Below, in pieces: positions 63,118 to 64,000 of a stretch of DNA of 64,000 bases. Numbering within the stretch: the stretch's first letter is position 1; each line of letters opens with the position of its first letter. Source of the DNA: Azolla caroliniana (Eukaryota; Plantae; Polypodiophyta); assembly GCA_043228905.1 (NCBI GenBank), contig JBHGNT010000013.1:17236001-17300000 (forward strand), in the 5' to 3' direction. The position numbers and the translations under genes are program-made. The notes under the pieces were generated by a model that did no database searches, had not been told where the DNA came from, and saw only the letters and a list, made by a program, of their open reading frames with translations.

Positions 63118-64000
63118 TGTCGAATACAAGTGTATAATGGACGTATTCACACTATCCCTTTAGGCCATTTGTGTAATTAGCATAAAGGGTAGTTGCCCTA
63201 AGTCGGTCACTATATATATTGACCTTGTAACCTTTTTGTAAGGTTGGGTGTTGTATTATTGTTTCTATTGAATAGAAAGTCTTTTGTGTCTCTCTCTCTC
63301 TCTCTCTCTGTGCAACGACCTACAATCTGTCATACGCAGGTATACAGAACAGAATCGAATGCTCCTTGATCTTCCGCATAGACGACCTCGTCCCCAACAA
63401 CTGGTATCAGAGCTAGGTTGTCGGCCGTCATCACCGCCTGCACAGCATTCGGTTCTTCACTTCATCACGGCCTGCACAGTATTCGCGTCATTCGAAGAAA
63501 GAAAGAAGAAGAAAAGAAACGAGGCTTGCATCTCATCGCGTTAGATCATCTTCGCTTGGAGTAAGCCAGCAGGTTGTACTCTGTTCCTTGTGATCGTAAC
63601 CGCTCGAGGTGAAATCCCCTTGTGCATCATTGACACGATCGTGCTCCATTCGGTTAAACGGCATCCGAAGAGGTCATCAAACGCTGCTCGCCGCTCATTG
63701 TAACCACTCGGTGCAGATCGGTCTCAAGACAACAACCCAAATTCGTGCTTCATCTGGCTGATCGACATTCGGGAGGATCAGTTGGATCCGTCTCTCTCGT
63801 TGCTGCAGTCAACCGAAGCAGAATCGGTCCAGATAATCGGTTTCAATAATCGGTATTCGGCATATATATCCGAAGTGAACCGGGCTCACTCCGACTCGGC
63901 AACATTCGGGAAGACCAGTTGGTTCTGTCCCTCAAGCTACCGGAGTCAATTCGAGCAAGTTCCGAAGCCGAACCGACTCGGGTTCAAATCCGACTAGAAC
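63118..64000 (+). mobile_element. LTR retrotransposon 5' end (probably Copia): LTR 63118-63399, tRNA-iMet PBS, 5' leader running off the window
   Basis: TGTCG...CAACA termini; TATATATA near 63211; TGGTATCAGAGC at 63402; interrupts the chromovirus pol frame. Confidence 0.88.

Overview
AT-rich, intron-containing plant nuclear DNA. A non-seed land plant such as a fern is the likely source; this is an inference from the Tcn1-like chromovirus and the tRNA-Trp-primed Gypsy. Three host genes can be spliced in frame from GT-AG junctions. They are a kinesin-7 (NACK/CENP-E-like) motor on the minus strand (224-3970), a WAK-associated/LRK10L-type receptor kinase on the plus strand (32242-34986, 644 aa) and a 9-exon SnRK2 kinase on the minus strand (36751-39976, 369 aa). 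Two retrotransposon graveyards lie at about 11-29 kb and 52.5-64 kb. They hold a LINE remnant, several Copia and Gypsy elements nested in each other, and solo LTRs with target-site duplications. The most unusual signal is that two LTRs with no other visible similarity (17907-19106 and 59283-59727) each carry a gap-free, tRNA-spaced A-box/AGGT/B-box cassette in U3, pointing away from the LTR TATA box. This suggests Pol III/TFIIIC modules built into LTRs. All coordinates were read by eye and no database searches were run.
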